Made by a program: the position numbers and the translations under genes
From: a virus
Lineage: Duplodnaviria > Heunggongvirae > Uroviricota > Caudoviricetes
DNA: 64,000 bases
Reading direction: 5' to 3' (one strand)
Virus record (IMG/VR): IMGVR_UViG_3300031993_006620
Notes under the pieces: model-generated
What the model was told of the DNA's origin: nothing
What the model saw: only the letters and a program-made list of their open reading frames with translations
Database searches by the model: none
Shown: positions 37,355-46,528 of the stretch, one piece after another
Numbering within the stretch: position 1 is the first letter of the stretch
Layout: the number at the start of each line of letters is the position of its first letter

Positions 37355-37621
37355 TTAAGGTATCGTAACCACCGCAAACTTGATGTGCGCTTCCCCCGGA
37401 GGGGGGACGATTATGGTCCCCTTGCCCCCGACGAACCACGCACGGTCGAAGTCGCCGTTCTCCTTTACGCGGCGGCCTCGGTCCAGGCACTCTTTCCTCC
37501 ACAGCTCCCTGCATCGGGCCGACGCCTCGTCGGGGTCGTTGATGATGCCGGTAACGATCTTGGGAGTGCTGCCGTCGGTCTCGTAGCGTATGACTACGTC
37601 CTGCACTGGCTTGCCCGTCAC
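37355..37621 (-). CDS. hypothetical protein (88 aa), GTG start
   Basis: GTG overlaps the upstream TGA (GTGA) and follows a GGGAGGAG RBS. Confidence 0.4.
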   Translation of the reverse strand: MTGKPVQDVVIRYETDGSTPKIVTGIINDPDEASARCRELWRKECLDRGRRVKENGDFDRAWFVGGKGTIIVPPPGEAHIKFAVVTIP

Positions 37622-38196
37622 GACTCCTCCCAGTTCTGCCCCGACCACCCGTCGTGGCAGAAGCCGTACTCCGAGCTCAGCCAGTCCGATACGTCGTCCC
37701 CGTCCATCCCCCACGGGACGGCAACGGAACGCTTCAGCCCGCAGGAGGACAGGCTCGCCCCGTCCGTGTCCCACTTCACCCCCGTCACCCTGTGGACTTT
37801 CGCCTTCAGGAGTCCCCCGTGCCCGGCGAGGAACGGGCCCACCTCGCCCCCGTCTCCGAGCTCCGACCACGGCTCGATCCTCGTCCGCAGGTAGGAGTCG
37901 AGACAGTCCCCGACCTCGTCCCTGCGGAACCTGCTCTCGCGTACGTCGGCAAGGCCCGAACGGGCCACCGACCTCACGATGTCCCGGAGTACCGCGTCCT
38001 CCTCGGGGATGTCCCTGTAGCCGACGGGCACTACCTTCGCGGTCCCGCCGCCGACAGCCACCCGCCCCGCCACTATTCGGAACGTGTCGGGACTCCCCGC
38101 GAGGGGGTCCCCCAACGCGGCGAAGCACAGGACGGACTTCCCCACGCGGATAAGGTAGCAGAAATCTCCCGCCGACCTCTCTATAGTAACCTTCAT
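37618..38196 (-). CDS. hypothetical protein (192 aa)
   Basis: Start MKVTIER after an AAAGGAG RBS. Confidence 0.5.
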   Translation of the reverse strand: MKVTIERSAGDFCYLIRVGKSVLCFAALGDPLAGSPDTFRIVAGRVAVGGGTAKVVPVGYRDIPEEDAVLRDIVRSVARSGLADVRESRFRRDEVGDCLDSYLRTRIEPWSELGDGGEVGPFLAGHGGLLKAKVHRVTGVKWDTDGASLSSCGLKRSVAVPWGMDGDDVSDWLSSEYGFCHDGWSGQNWEES

Positions 38197-38795
38197 CTTT
38201 ACGGCTCCTTTGATAAGTGTTTGAACCTTGATTCCCCGGCCGTGGCAACCCGCCCGGCTCGTCGCAACGGATCCCCCGCAGGGGGAACCCCGGCGGGACG
38301 GTGGCAACCCCGCCCCACAAACGGGGGGTAAGCGGACCCGCCCTCTGCCCCGACACCCCGAGGCGGAGAACGCGGGTCCACTTCCCGCATGTTGATGGAT
38401 CGTTGATATCTCGGGAAGCCGATGTGGATTCCCGTCCCGCCTGTCCCAAGCCTCGCGGATTCGCGAAACCCCGGGGACGGGGGGGCTAAGCCCGTGCAGA
38501 ACTGCGTGACGGGGGACACGTGCGCGGGGCGTTTCCGGGGGTTGGCCGGAACCGTTCGCGACCGGTGTCGGCCGTTACGGGAGGTAAGAACGGGAAGGTT
38601 GAGGGTGGAAAGGAAAAAATTCTCGGTAAAGGGTCGCCCCGGTACGGAAGGCTGCACCACCTTGCACTTTTCCGAACGGGTCGCCTCACGGAGAGGGAGG
38701 GAACCTATTCGGGAAGATACGAAAGGAGGGAAGGTGTTGGTGGGAGCCTGCCGAACGGGGGCGGCCCTGCTACATTCGAGAGAAGAATATAGGAT

Positions 38796-39389
38796 TTACA
38801 AAGAATTTTCTGTGGCGTCCTTGACAAAGAACTTGTCAAAGAAGTGGCACTTGAAGACTTGTATGAGCCTGTGCGCGTTCTGCTTGGTCATGCCGTGGCG
38901 TTTGGCGACAACTTCCAGGGAATCCGCTCCACTGATGAACTCCAGATAGAGCGCCTGACCTTTCCGAGCGGCAGCTAGGGATTTTTCCGTTACCTTGGAC
39001 TTGAAAGCGGGTGTGGCGAGTTCGACTGCCGCGAACCTGATCACATCAGCTTTCCGTCTGTGGGGCGGGATTTTACCTTTCTTGACGAGTTTGAGTTCGT
39101 CCTCGGAGAGGGGTGAGTTTCTGAAGAGATCGATGAATGGGATTCCGTGGAGGTTTGCGACCTTGACGGCCTCGTTCCAGAATTTGCCCTTTGGCAACTT
39201 ACCGGCACGTAGGGAATCAATTTGGGACTGGGTCCAGTTTTCGTCGACGATTTTGGCCTTGTGGAAGTGGAACCCTAGTCGTTTGGCCTTGGTGTGGCAA
39301 GCGGCGTGGTGTGGGTGGGATTTCGGGATCTTTCCTTTCTGGATGTCCTTGATATCATCCTCGGACCAGTGATTGTATACTCTGCTCAT
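38796..39389 (-). CDS. HTH DNA-binding protein with three N-terminal W..D..I.KGKIP repeats (197 aa)
   Basis: C-terminal helix-turn-helix LEVVAKRHGMTKQNAHRLIQ. Lower-GC module with its own consensus promoter. Confidence 0.55.
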   Translation of the reverse strand: MSRVYNHWSEDDIKDIQKGKIPKSHPHHAACHTKAKRLGFHFHKAKIVDENWTQSQIDSLRAGKLPKGKFWNEAVKVANLHGIPFIDLFRNSPLSEDELKLVKKGKIPPHRRKADVIRFAAVELATPAFKSKVTEKSLAAARKGQALYLEFISGADSLEVVAKRHGMTKQNAHRLIQVFKCHFFDKFFVKDATENSL

Positions 39390-39427
39390 ATCCTTCCTCC
39401 GGGTTGGGAGAATGGTTCTTGAGACAG

Positions 39428-39456
39428 AATATAGGAAATCCTGTCGGGGTTGTCAA
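39428..39456 (-). promoter_or_regulatory. consensus sigma70-type promoter TTGACA-N17-TATATT
   Basis: Reverse complement gives TTGACA accccgacaggatttcc TATATT, upstream of the HTH gene. CACGTG-type palindromes at 39483-39535 lie further upstream. Confidence 0.5.
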
Positions 39457-39517
39457 GAGTTGCCTAGATGGCACACGTGAACACGTGAGCAGTACGGGTG
39501 GGTTAGTCCGTAGGGTT

Positions 39518-39844
39518 TCACATGAAACGTGTGCGGATGTCGGCGGGTGTCGCGGGGAAGGCGACTAGCTGCCAGGCGGTCGACAGGGTTCGATTGAGGA
39601 GGCTCGTGTCGTGCTTGAGGCGGTTGGGGTCATATGGTGTCCTCAGGAAGAGTTCGGGGTGGTGGTTGAAGTGTTTGATGGCCCCGTCGGGATCGGAGAC
39701 GGTGACTACGGTGCCGTTGATGGAGATGTAACCTTTACGCTTGGCAGCGGAGAAGACCTGTCGAGCGAGGAAACGTCTGTTGTTTTCCTTGTCGAGTTCC
39801 CTTTTCTGGAGGTACTGAGCGGCAAGGAAGAAATCGGCATTCAT
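39518..39844 (-). CDS. hypothetical protein (108 aa)
   Basis: Start MNADFF with an AAAGGAAACC RBS; ORF-track N-terminus trimmed. Confidence 0.4.
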   Translation of the reverse strand: MNADFFLAAQYLQKRELDKENNRRFLARQVFSAAKRKGYISINGTVVTVSDPDGAIKHFNHHPELFLRTPYDPNRLKHDTSLLNRTLSTAWQLVAFPATPADIRTRFM

Positions 39845-39997
39845 AGGCGGTGGTTTCCTTTCGGAGTTGAGGTGGATGCCGTCCGGCGGCACCGATGAGA
39901 TATGCTGGAGGGGGAGGCCCGGTGGGATGTAGGGAGTGTGGGGAGGGGAAGGGGCAAAAGAAAGGCGGGACTTCGATCCCGCGAGTTGTGAACTACT

Positions 39998-40015
39998 CAC
40001 AGCCTAAAGGGTGTG
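39998..40015 (-). repeat. orphan IS200/IS605-type end hairpin CACAGCCTAAAGGGTGTG
   Basis: Near-identical to the TnpB-element end hairpin at 19991-20008. Followed by two TTGTCAAAAAGTCG..AAATTTGAC inverted-repeat units at 40031-40100. Confidence 0.35.
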
Positions 40016-40243
40016 AGCTTGCGACCGCCTATTTGTCAAAAAGTCGAAAAATTTGACAAGGTATATATGTTTGTCAAAAAGTCGGGAAATTTGACCCGTT
40101 GTGTAGAAATGGGAAAAGCCGGGGCTCCCGAAGGAGTCCCGGCCGGCCAGTCGCTGTCAAAACATCCCGGCGACGGAGAGGTAGTCGATGAACCGTCGCC
40201 GGGTCCGGAAGGGAACGGCTGGCCCTAGCCCCGTCCGGAGGAG

Positions 40244-41020
40244 TTACTTGCAGATGATGATGTTTTCCGAGATATGCTGGAAGCGTTTGACATCGTTCGT
40301 GTCGCCCCGGTTGGCGGCGACCTTGATGACTGTCTTGATGGCCTTTTCGCGCTGTTTGGGCGTGAAATAAAATTTTCTGGCGTACTTGTCGAGGGAGTTG
40401 ATATCGACATAGGCGATGAAGAAGCCAGTACCGCCGTGGTTGTTACCGAGCCCGAAGGTGTTATAGTTGTAGACGGGGGGATCGGTTTCGATCCACCAGA
40501 TGTTGTCGAAGAAGACGAACTGGTCTACGACTTTCTGGGCAGCTTCACGGGCCTTGAGCATCGTGTCGGTGACGGCGACGGAGCCGAGGGTTTCGATATC
40601 TGCTACGGACGTGAAGAGTCTCTGGGTTTCGGCGTTGACCTCGGCGACCTTTAATCGGATGCGCCAATTGATTTCGGTTGTGACGACATCTTTGGTGTCC
40701 ATAAAGAGGGTCGAGACGGCGGAACCGTGGGAATACATTACTGGGCGGTAAAGTTTTCCCTTGTATTTCCGGATAGGTGTATCGACGAGGCGGTATTTGC
40801 CTTTGGATGAGTCGAGGAAGTCGTCGGGCTTCTTGGCGTCTTTGTAGACGGAAGCGTAGTCACGGACGACGTAGACCTTCTTGAACTCCTTTTCATCGAG
40901 CTGTCGGCAGTCAAATTCGAAGGAGCGGGTAAATATCTGGTGGAGGTTACGGCGGTGACGGTTGGAACGGCGGAAGATGCCGATGTAAGAGTAGTTGGCT
41001 TCGAGCTTGAAAAGTTTCAT
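40244..41020 (-). CDS. hypothetical protein (258 aa)
   Basis: Start MKLFKLEANY after a motif copy. Confidence 0.55.
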   Translation of the reverse strand: MKLFKLEANYSYIGIFRRSNRHRRNLHQIFTRSFEFDCRQLDEKEFKKVYVVRDYASVYKDAKKPDDFLDSSKGKYRLVDTPIRKYKGKLYRPVMYSHGSAVSTLFMDTKDVVTTEINWRIRLKVAEVNAETQRLFTSVADIETLGSVAVTDTMLKAREAAQKVVDQFVFFDNIWWIETDPPVYNYNTFGLGNNHGGTGFFIAYVDINSLDKYARKFYFTPKQREKAIKTVIKVAANRGDTNDVKRFQHISENIIICK

Positions 41021-41079
41021 GGCGACTCCTTTGGTGGTACAGGATGGATATCCGGTCGGGGGAAGCCCGGCCCGGAAGA

Positions 41080-41382
41080 TCAGATGTGCATGTAGACGGC
41101 TTCGTAGGCGGCGTGGAAAGCGCTGGCGATGGAGCAGGCGGCGATATTCACGACGATGAAGTCGTCTTGCGTCCACTGGTCGGGCTTGTTCCTGTTGTAC
41201 GTGTTGGAGATGTGGATCGTGCCGGCTGCGTAGTCGACCTTCTGTAGGTGGAACTGTGCGCAGGTGAGGTTTATGGCCTTGTCGAGGGTCTCGAGCTGGT
41301 CCTCGGTGAAACGGCTGGCGGTGGCGCCGGAAGATTCGTCGTTGGGTTCGACGATGATAAATTTGCTGTTATTTTGATCCAT
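41080..41382 (-). CDS. hypothetical protein (100 aa)
   Basis: Motif copy upstream. Confidence 0.5.
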   Translation of the reverse strand: MDQNNSKFIIVEPNDESSGATASRFTEDQLETLDKAINLTCAQFHLQKVDYAAGTIHISNTYNRNKPDQWTQDDFIVVNIAACSIASAFHAAYEAVYMHI

Positions 41383-41439
41383 AGTGATACCTCTTTTTGT
41401 TGTATGGAGGGGATTGGGGCTCGGGGGAGCCCCGGACCC

Positions 41440-41775
41440 CTACTTAACCTCGAGCTGCTTGATGGCAGCTTCGGCGTTGTCGAATGCCTTCCCGAGTTCG
41501 TGGAGATCTTCGAGCATTCCGACGATGCCGTTCTTGTAGTGTTTCGGCGTCTTGGAACGGAACTGGGAGCGGATTACCTGTTCGTTGTTGGTGACCTGGA
41601 TGATGGTCCATTTGCGGTGGGGCTCGAGCGGGTCGCGACTGAACACGTATACCTTGCAGTTCTTGTAGAAGATGTCGATTCCGCCGAGGTGACGTTCGAC
41701 CTTGACAATCTGCTTGCGCTTGAATTTTTCCGCCGTGGCGATGTCGGCGGTGGTGAATACGGATTCATTGGGCAT
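41440..41775 (-). CDS. hypothetical protein (111 aa)
   Basis: GGAGGACACT RBS. Confidence 0.5.
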   Translation of the reverse strand: MPNESVFTTADIATAEKFKRKQIVKVERHLGGIDIFYKNCKVYVFSRDPLEPHRKWTIIQVTNNEQVIRSQFRSKTPKHYKNGIVGMLEDLHELGKAFDNAEAAIKQLEVK

Positions 41776-41784
41776 AGTGTCCTC

Positions 41785-42291
41785 CTAGTCGAAAAGTTTT
41801 TTGATCCTGTCTGAGCATCTTTTGATCTGGGACCGGTTGATGTCGATGACGTCGAGGTAGTTCATTATGGACCGGGCGGAAACGGCGATATGCTGCATCG
41901 TGCCGAGATGCCAGTTCTTGTAGTGCCTCAGGTAGAGGCACTTGTAGCGGTCGAACGACACGTTGTTCAGGTTCTCGACTTCGGCGAGGTCTCGTCCGGT
42001 GATGGTAATGACGGCCCTGTCGAGGTCGGTCAGCACCGTCAGACGGATGGATCCTTTCAGGGTTTTGAAGGCGTCGTCCTGGTAGTAGAGGATGGAGATC
42101 TTCGTCTTGTCCTGGAACGTGGACAGGGTAGCCTTGCACTGGCTGCACTGGCAGTCCATGAGCAGTTCGACGGCGGCCGTGAGGTTCTTGGACCCGCCGA
42201 TGGTCGGCAGGTGTTGGCCGGTGGCCGTGGTTGCGTCAGGCCCGTAGAAGATCACCACCGAATCGGGCTTGATATCCTGTTTCTTGTTCAT
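41785..42291 (-). CDS. hypothetical protein (168 aa)
   Basis: Start MNKKQDIK after a motif copy. Confidence 0.5.
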   Translation of the reverse strand: MNKKQDIKPDSVVIFYGPDATTATGQHLPTIGGSKNLTAAVELLMDCQCSQCKATLSTFQDKTKISILYYQDDAFKTLKGSIRLTVLTDLDRAVITITGRDLAEVENLNNVSFDRYKCLYLRHYKNWHLGTMQHIAVSARSIMNYLDVIDINRSQIKRCSDRIKKLFD

Positions 42292-42366
42292 TGGGAAGTC
42301 TCCTTTTTGTTTTGACACCCGATCGATCGGGGCTCTGGGGAGCCCCGGCCGGTGCAGGTCAGTGCG

Positions 42367-42756
42367 TTACGGTCGTCCGATGCTCTCCACGAGCTGCTTT
42401 GCCTTGTCGGCGATGTTGTCGAACACGGCGTGGACGGACGAGGACGCCAGGGAGAGGCTTGCCAGGTATTCCCGACCCTTGCGGACGCCCATGGACAGGC
42501 TCCACGGCTGGTTGATCGTCGGCCTGTCGTCACGGCGGAGGTGGACGGACAGCTCGTAACCATCGGGAAGGTGCTTGAACTCGTTGAACGTGGCGACGAC
42601 GAGGTTACCGTCTGATCCGGTTTTACGGTCGTACCAGAAGTCGCTCATGTTCTCACCGATGGCGGCGAATTCCAAGGACAGAGCGCTCTTGATCGCGTCG
42701 GCGTGGTCGAACGCTTCTCGACAGCGCAACATTGCTATAGAGGTGTAATTCTTCAT
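42367..42756 (-). CDS. hypothetical protein (129 aa)
   Basis: Motif copy upstream. Confidence 0.5.
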   Translation of the reverse strand: MKNYTSIAMLRCREAFDHADAIKSALSLEFAAIGENMSDFWYDRKTGSDGNLVVATFNEFKHLPDGYELSVHLRRDDRPTINQPWSLSMGVRKGREYLASLSLASSSVHAVFDNIADKAKQLVESIGRP

Positions 42757-42825
42757 TGTTCGGTTCCTTGCGGGTTGGTATAGGGGAGATGTCCGGGGCG
42801 GGGAGCCCCGGCTATCCGAAGCCAG

Positions 42826-43464
42826 TTAGTCATCGCCGTAGCGTTCCCAAGTAAATTTGGCGTACTTCTCGGCCTCCTCGGTACCGAACGGGGAACCGTC
42901 GAGCGGGTAGCCGCTGAACGAAGTATTTACTTCCGTCCAGAACTCCTCGAACGTCGTCGCCGTGGACTGGCGATGGATTTCGATGATTTTGTACCTGCCG
43001 ATGAACTCGGCGAGCTGTTCATCCTGAATCTTGTCGCCGTCGGGCTTCCAGAGCTGTTCGATGACAGCCTCGCCCATTTCCCCAAGGTAGTGCTTGAGAA
43101 CGGCGTCGTGGCAATCCTTTTGAGCCTGGTCGAGCCACTGTTCGACCGGAATGCCCATAGTTTCATATTCGCCGTCGATCCAGGCGGAAGCGATGTCGTC
43201 ACAGATATCGGCACGAAGCGCCATCAGGCTGCTATGCTTGTCGCCGTCTTCCGTTTCCTCGTAGGTTTCGGACAGCGGGCCATAGTCGAGGTGTTCTGAC
43301 AGCATGCGTGTCATCGTGTCGAACTCGATATCATATTCATCGATGTTTTCGTTGTAGTTGTGTTCCTCGATTACTTCGCGGCGGGTTTCCTCGTAGTCGC
43401 CGTTGCAAAAATACAGGCCGTTTACCGTGCACGAATGGGCGATAAGTTTCTCTTGATCTGTCAT
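42826..43464 (-). CDS. hypothetical acidic protein (212 aa)
   Basis: Start MTDQEKL after a motif copy. Confidence 0.5.
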   Translation of the reverse strand: MTDQEKLIAHSCTVNGLYFCNGDYEETRREVIEEHNYNENIDEYDIEFDTMTRMLSEHLDYGPLSETYEETEDGDKHSSLMALRADICDDIASAWIDGEYETMGIPVEQWLDQAQKDCHDAVLKHYLGEMGEAVIEQLWKPDGDKIQDEQLAEFIGRYKIIEIHRQSTATTFEEFWTEVNTSFSGYPLDGSPFGTEEAEKYAKFTWERYGDD

Positions 43465-43519
43465 AAGAACTCCTTTGGTTGTATAGGGGAGATGGCCGGG
43501 GCGGGGAGCCCCGGACCGG

Positions 43520-44296
43520 TCACGGGGATTCCTCGAGTTCCTTGTTCCACTTCTCGACGTTCTTGTTACCCGTTTCGACGACGGCGGCCAGGTAGTCGCG
43601 GAGGTTGTACAGGGGATCGAACGTGCTCGGCTCCACGTCACCATCGTTGACGAAGATACGCTCGTCGTAGTTCCTGATGTACTGGGTGCTGACCCCCCAC
43701 GTCTTTTTCTCGTCGTAGTCGGGGTTCGGCGAGAAGGACAGGGTGAGCTGGATGTCGAAGTCCAGACGCTGGCCGTAGATCCCCTTGACGACGAAGACGA
43801 AATCCAGGAAGTCGTCCTTTTGTCCGTCCATGAGCCACGAGGCGACGATGCTCGGCCCGTGGCCGAAATCTTCGAGCAGGGCGTTCGTCAGCGTCTCCCT
43901 GAGCTCGTCGGCAGCCTTGCTGTTCCTTGTCTTGGCGAGTTTCCTGAAGTCGCCGAACTGGTTGTCGACGATCTGTCTGGTCTTGGACGAGCCGACGCGG
44001 CCTCCGACGAGGGAATGGAGCGTATCGGCGAACGTCTTGGCCTCCAGTTCCTTCTCGACGGTGCCTGCGTCGTTCCCGTTATGGTCGCGCCCTATGAGGC
44101 TGAACATGAAGCTGTCGTTTCTGGGATAGATCAGTACCTCGACGACGACGTCGTTGCACATGGCGGGGAAAAACCAGGCGGTCTCTGACCCGACCTTCTT
44201 TGTGACCGCTTTGTCTGCCATCACCTTGAGCTCGTGGGCCGAGAAGGATTCGAGCTGGGTGGCGACGGCGTTAAAAATTGTGTTCTTGATGGACAT
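43520..44296 (-). CDS. hypothetical protein (258 aa)
   Basis: Motif copy upstream. Confidence 0.55.
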   Translation of the reverse strand: MSIKNTIFNAVATQLESFSAHELKVMADKAVTKKVGSETAWFFPAMCNDVVVEVLIYPRNDSFMFSLIGRDHNGNDAGTVEKELEAKTFADTLHSLVGGRVGSSKTRQIVDNQFGDFRKLAKTRNSKAADELRETLTNALLEDFGHGPSIVASWLMDGQKDDFLDFVFVVKGIYGQRLDFDIQLTLSFSPNPDYDEKKTWGVSTQYIRNYDERIFVNDGDVEPSTFDPLYNLRDYLAAVVETGNKNVEKWNKELEESP

Positions 44297-44354
44297 GTGC
44301 AGGCTCCTTGAGGTTGATGCAGGTGAGATGGGCTCCCGGAGGAGCCCCGGACGG

Positions 44355-44690
44355 TTATTCCGCCTTCTCGATGACCCACGTGGCCTTGACCGGCCAGCCG
44401 TCGGGCGTCGTCGCGCCTTTCTTCTGCATCACCTCTTTCATGGATATCAGATCGGCGTTGCCCGCCTGCTTGGCGTAGGCGTTGTATTCGCTGGTCACGA
44501 CCTTGCAGGCGGAATAGTACGAGCGGCGGGCGGTCCCGAAGGGGACGACGTTGCCGTTCTGTTCGACCCGTGCGCCGTGGACGAGCCACAGCTGCGACGG
44601 GCGTTCCTTGCGCTGTTCTGTCTTATTCGCGCCGAAACCCGAGTCGAAAGCATTGACCGTAGCGGCGATAGTGTTGAGTTTCTTGGGCAT
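44355..44690 (-). CDS. hypothetical protein (111 aa)
   Basis: GGAGTAACAC RBS. Confidence 0.5.
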   Translation of the reverse strand: MPKKLNTIAATVNAFDSGFGANKTEQRKERPSQLWLVHGARVEQNGNVVPFGTARRSYYSACKVVTSEYNAYAKQAGNADLISMKEVMQKKGATTPDGWPVKATWVIEKAE

Positions 44691-44699
44691 GTGTTACTC

Positions 44700-44867
44700 C
44701 TAGATATTCCGGATGAAGTCGTCGACCGTCGTGCCAGCCTTGAACGCTTTGTCGATTTCGTCGCTGTGGACGGCGATAAACCACGTTATCTCGTCCGAAT
44801 CGTATCCGGCCTTCCATAGCCACCGGTCGATTTGCTGTAAGAAGTCGTTGATGTCTTTTGTTGCCAT
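44700..44867 (-). CDS. small hypothetical protein (55 aa)
   Basis: ATG directly after a motif copy, sequence MATKDINDFLQQIDRWLWKAGYD... Shorter than 60 aa, so absent from the ORF track. Confidence 0.35.
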   Translation of the reverse strand: MATKDINDFLQQIDRWLWKAGYDSDEITWFIAVHSDEIDKAFKAGTTVDDFIRNI

Positions 44868-44939
44868 GCTGGTCTCCTGGTGCAGGATCGATCGGTGCTC
44901 AGGGGAGCCCCGGCCGGATATGGGGCAGGCGTCTGGCTC

Positions 44940-45527
44940 CTAGAAGAGGTAAAAGTCAATTTTTCGGAGCATGCCCTTATTCTCGTGGAGGTGCTTGAGG
45001 TTCTCATCCGTCAAGGCCTTGTTCTTCAGCCACCGTTCGCCCCTGCGGGTCAGCATCGAAACTTTGTATGAGCTGGACCCGTCGTGGTGGGTGTGGGTGG
45101 TGTGAAGGCCGTCCTCGTCGATGTAGATGTCGATACGGTCGGGGTCGCTGCCTGCGAAGGCGCGGATGAAGCCGTCGAGGTTCTCGATCACCTTGCTCAC
45201 CCCAACGCTGCCGTGGGACGGGCGGAAGTCGGGGTAGAACGAGCGGTAGCCGCCTTCGAAGAGAAGGACGCGGCCGACAAGCGGTCCGTGCTGGAAATTG
45301 TCCTTGAGGTCTTCCCAGTTTTGCCGATCGTCGTCGTTCACTCGGTCCCGGTATTCCTTGGTCCCCTCCTCGGGACAAGGATCGTCCGCGTCGTGGCATT
45401 CTTCCCAGTTCTGCTTGAACTGTTCGTAGTTCACGGGGTCGGACGATGCGTAGACCACCTTCTTGTCGCCCTTGAACGTGTCGAAGTGTATCTTTTCGAA
45501 GTGGGGTCGTTTCGTTGTGGTTGCCAT
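44940..45527 (-). CDS. hypothetical protein (195 aa)
   Basis: Motif copy upstream. Confidence 0.55.
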   Translation of the reverse strand: MATTTKRPHFEKIHFDTFKGDKKVVYASSDPVNYEQFKQNWEECHDADDPCPEEGTKEYRDRVNDDDRQNWEDLKDNFQHGPLVGRVLLFEGGYRSFYPDFRPSHGSVGVSKVIENLDGFIRAFAGSDPDRIDIYIDEDGLHTTHTHHDGSSSYKVSMLTRRGERWLKNKALTDENLKHLHENKGMLRKIDFYLF

Positions 45528-45598
45528 AAGCGGGTCTCCTTTCGTTTACGTACAGCTAATACCCGGGCCGGGGAGCCCCGGTCTCGTTCCGTTAAGGA

Positions 45599-45684
45599 GA
45601 ACCGGGGACACGCGCCTGCATTGTCGGATGTTGAGGTAAAATGTGTGGCGCTGGGCGGGAGGGAAACCCGCCTGTCCCCGGTTC
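45599..45684 (-). ncRNA. candidate structured RNA element (about 86 nt)
   Basis: Perfect 12-bp long-range inverted repeat GAACCGGGGACA/TGTCCCCGGTTC enclosing two internal hairpins (CGCGCC..GGCGC and GCGGG-AGGGAAA-CCCGC). Intergenic, between gene 45693 and motif copy 45563. Confidence 0.3.
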
Positions 45685-45692
45685 AGGGAATG

Positions 45693-46217
45693 TTATTCCG
45701 GCATACGGTAGTTGTTCTCGTCGAGGTAGCTGCGCTCCGGTGCGCAGTAGCTGTCGAAAATTTCTCTGGCTCGGCGTTCCGCCTCGGCGTTGTTGTTGTT
45801 GTTGTTGTTGTAGAGATCAGTTTTCAGGCGGGCGAGTGCCTCGACGTACTTCATGATCTTGTCGAAATCCGTGTTCGCCGAATACCAGGTTGGCCGGTCG
45901 TTGATTTCATAGGGATATAGCGACATGTACGAACGTTTTTTGTATCCGTACACGCCGAGGGCGGCCTCCTTTTCGACGAGATCCACTTCCAGTATTGTCC
46001 CGATGCAATGCTTTTTGTCCGAACTGTACAGGACGAAGTAAATTTCCTGTCGAAAGTCGTCGATTTCTTTGTTTTGGTGGCGTTCAAGCTTGATACGGTA
46101 GCGGATGTCCTTGGGCAGAGCTGCAAGCGCTCGCTCTGCGGTGATCTGCCGCATGTGCTCGAGGTTCGCCTCTCGTACCAGATGGGGATCCACCTCGATA
46201 GGCTTGATTAGGGGCAT
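45693..46217 (-). CDS. hypothetical protein (174 aa) containing an N6 tract
   Basis: GGAGGACAGGC RBS; the (GTT)6 microsatellite at about 45788-45806 encodes NNNNNN. Confidence 0.55.
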   Translation of the reverse strand: MPLIKPIEVDPHLVREANLEHMRQITAERALAALPKDIRYRIKLERHQNKEIDDFRQEIYFVLYSSDKKHCIGTILEVDLVEKEAALGVYGYKKRSYMSLYPYEINDRPTWYSANTDFDKIMKYVEALARLKTDLYNNNNNNNAEAERRAREIFDSYCAPERSYLDENNYRMPE

Positions 46218-46233
46218 GCCTGTCCTCCTGTGG

Positions 46234-46491
46234 CTATTCCGCGCTCACGGCGCAGCTGTCGAGGGGGATGTAGATCGAGTCCACCTCGTGCAAGGCGACC
46301 GTGATGGGGGCGATCTCGTAGCCGCTGGGCTTCTTGCCTGCGTCCTTTTCGACGCGGAACTCCACGCCGTGTTCGTGCGGGACGAACTTGACGACGTCGT
46401 CGGCAGTCCTGACTTTGACGCGGCCTCGGGGTTCGATATAGAAGCAGAGCTCCTTCTTTTCCTTAACGGCGGTTTCGATGAAACTGAGCAT
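46234..46491 (-). CDS. hypothetical protein (85 aa)
   Basis: Motif copy upstream. Confidence 0.5.
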   Translation of the reverse strand: MLSFIETAVKEKKELCFYIEPRGRVKVRTADDVVKFVPHEHGVEFRVEKDAGKKPSGYEIAPITVALHEVDSIYIPLDSCAVSAE

Positions 46492-46528
46492 GTTTGACTC
46501 CTTTGGTTGACGCAGGCCCGATCTAGGC

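Noticed and set aside
38812-38840. Inverted repeat TTGACAAAGAACTTGTCAA as an operator or promoter
   Set aside because: It lies inside the 3' end of the HTH gene and is explained by the repeated peptide FFDKFFVKD.
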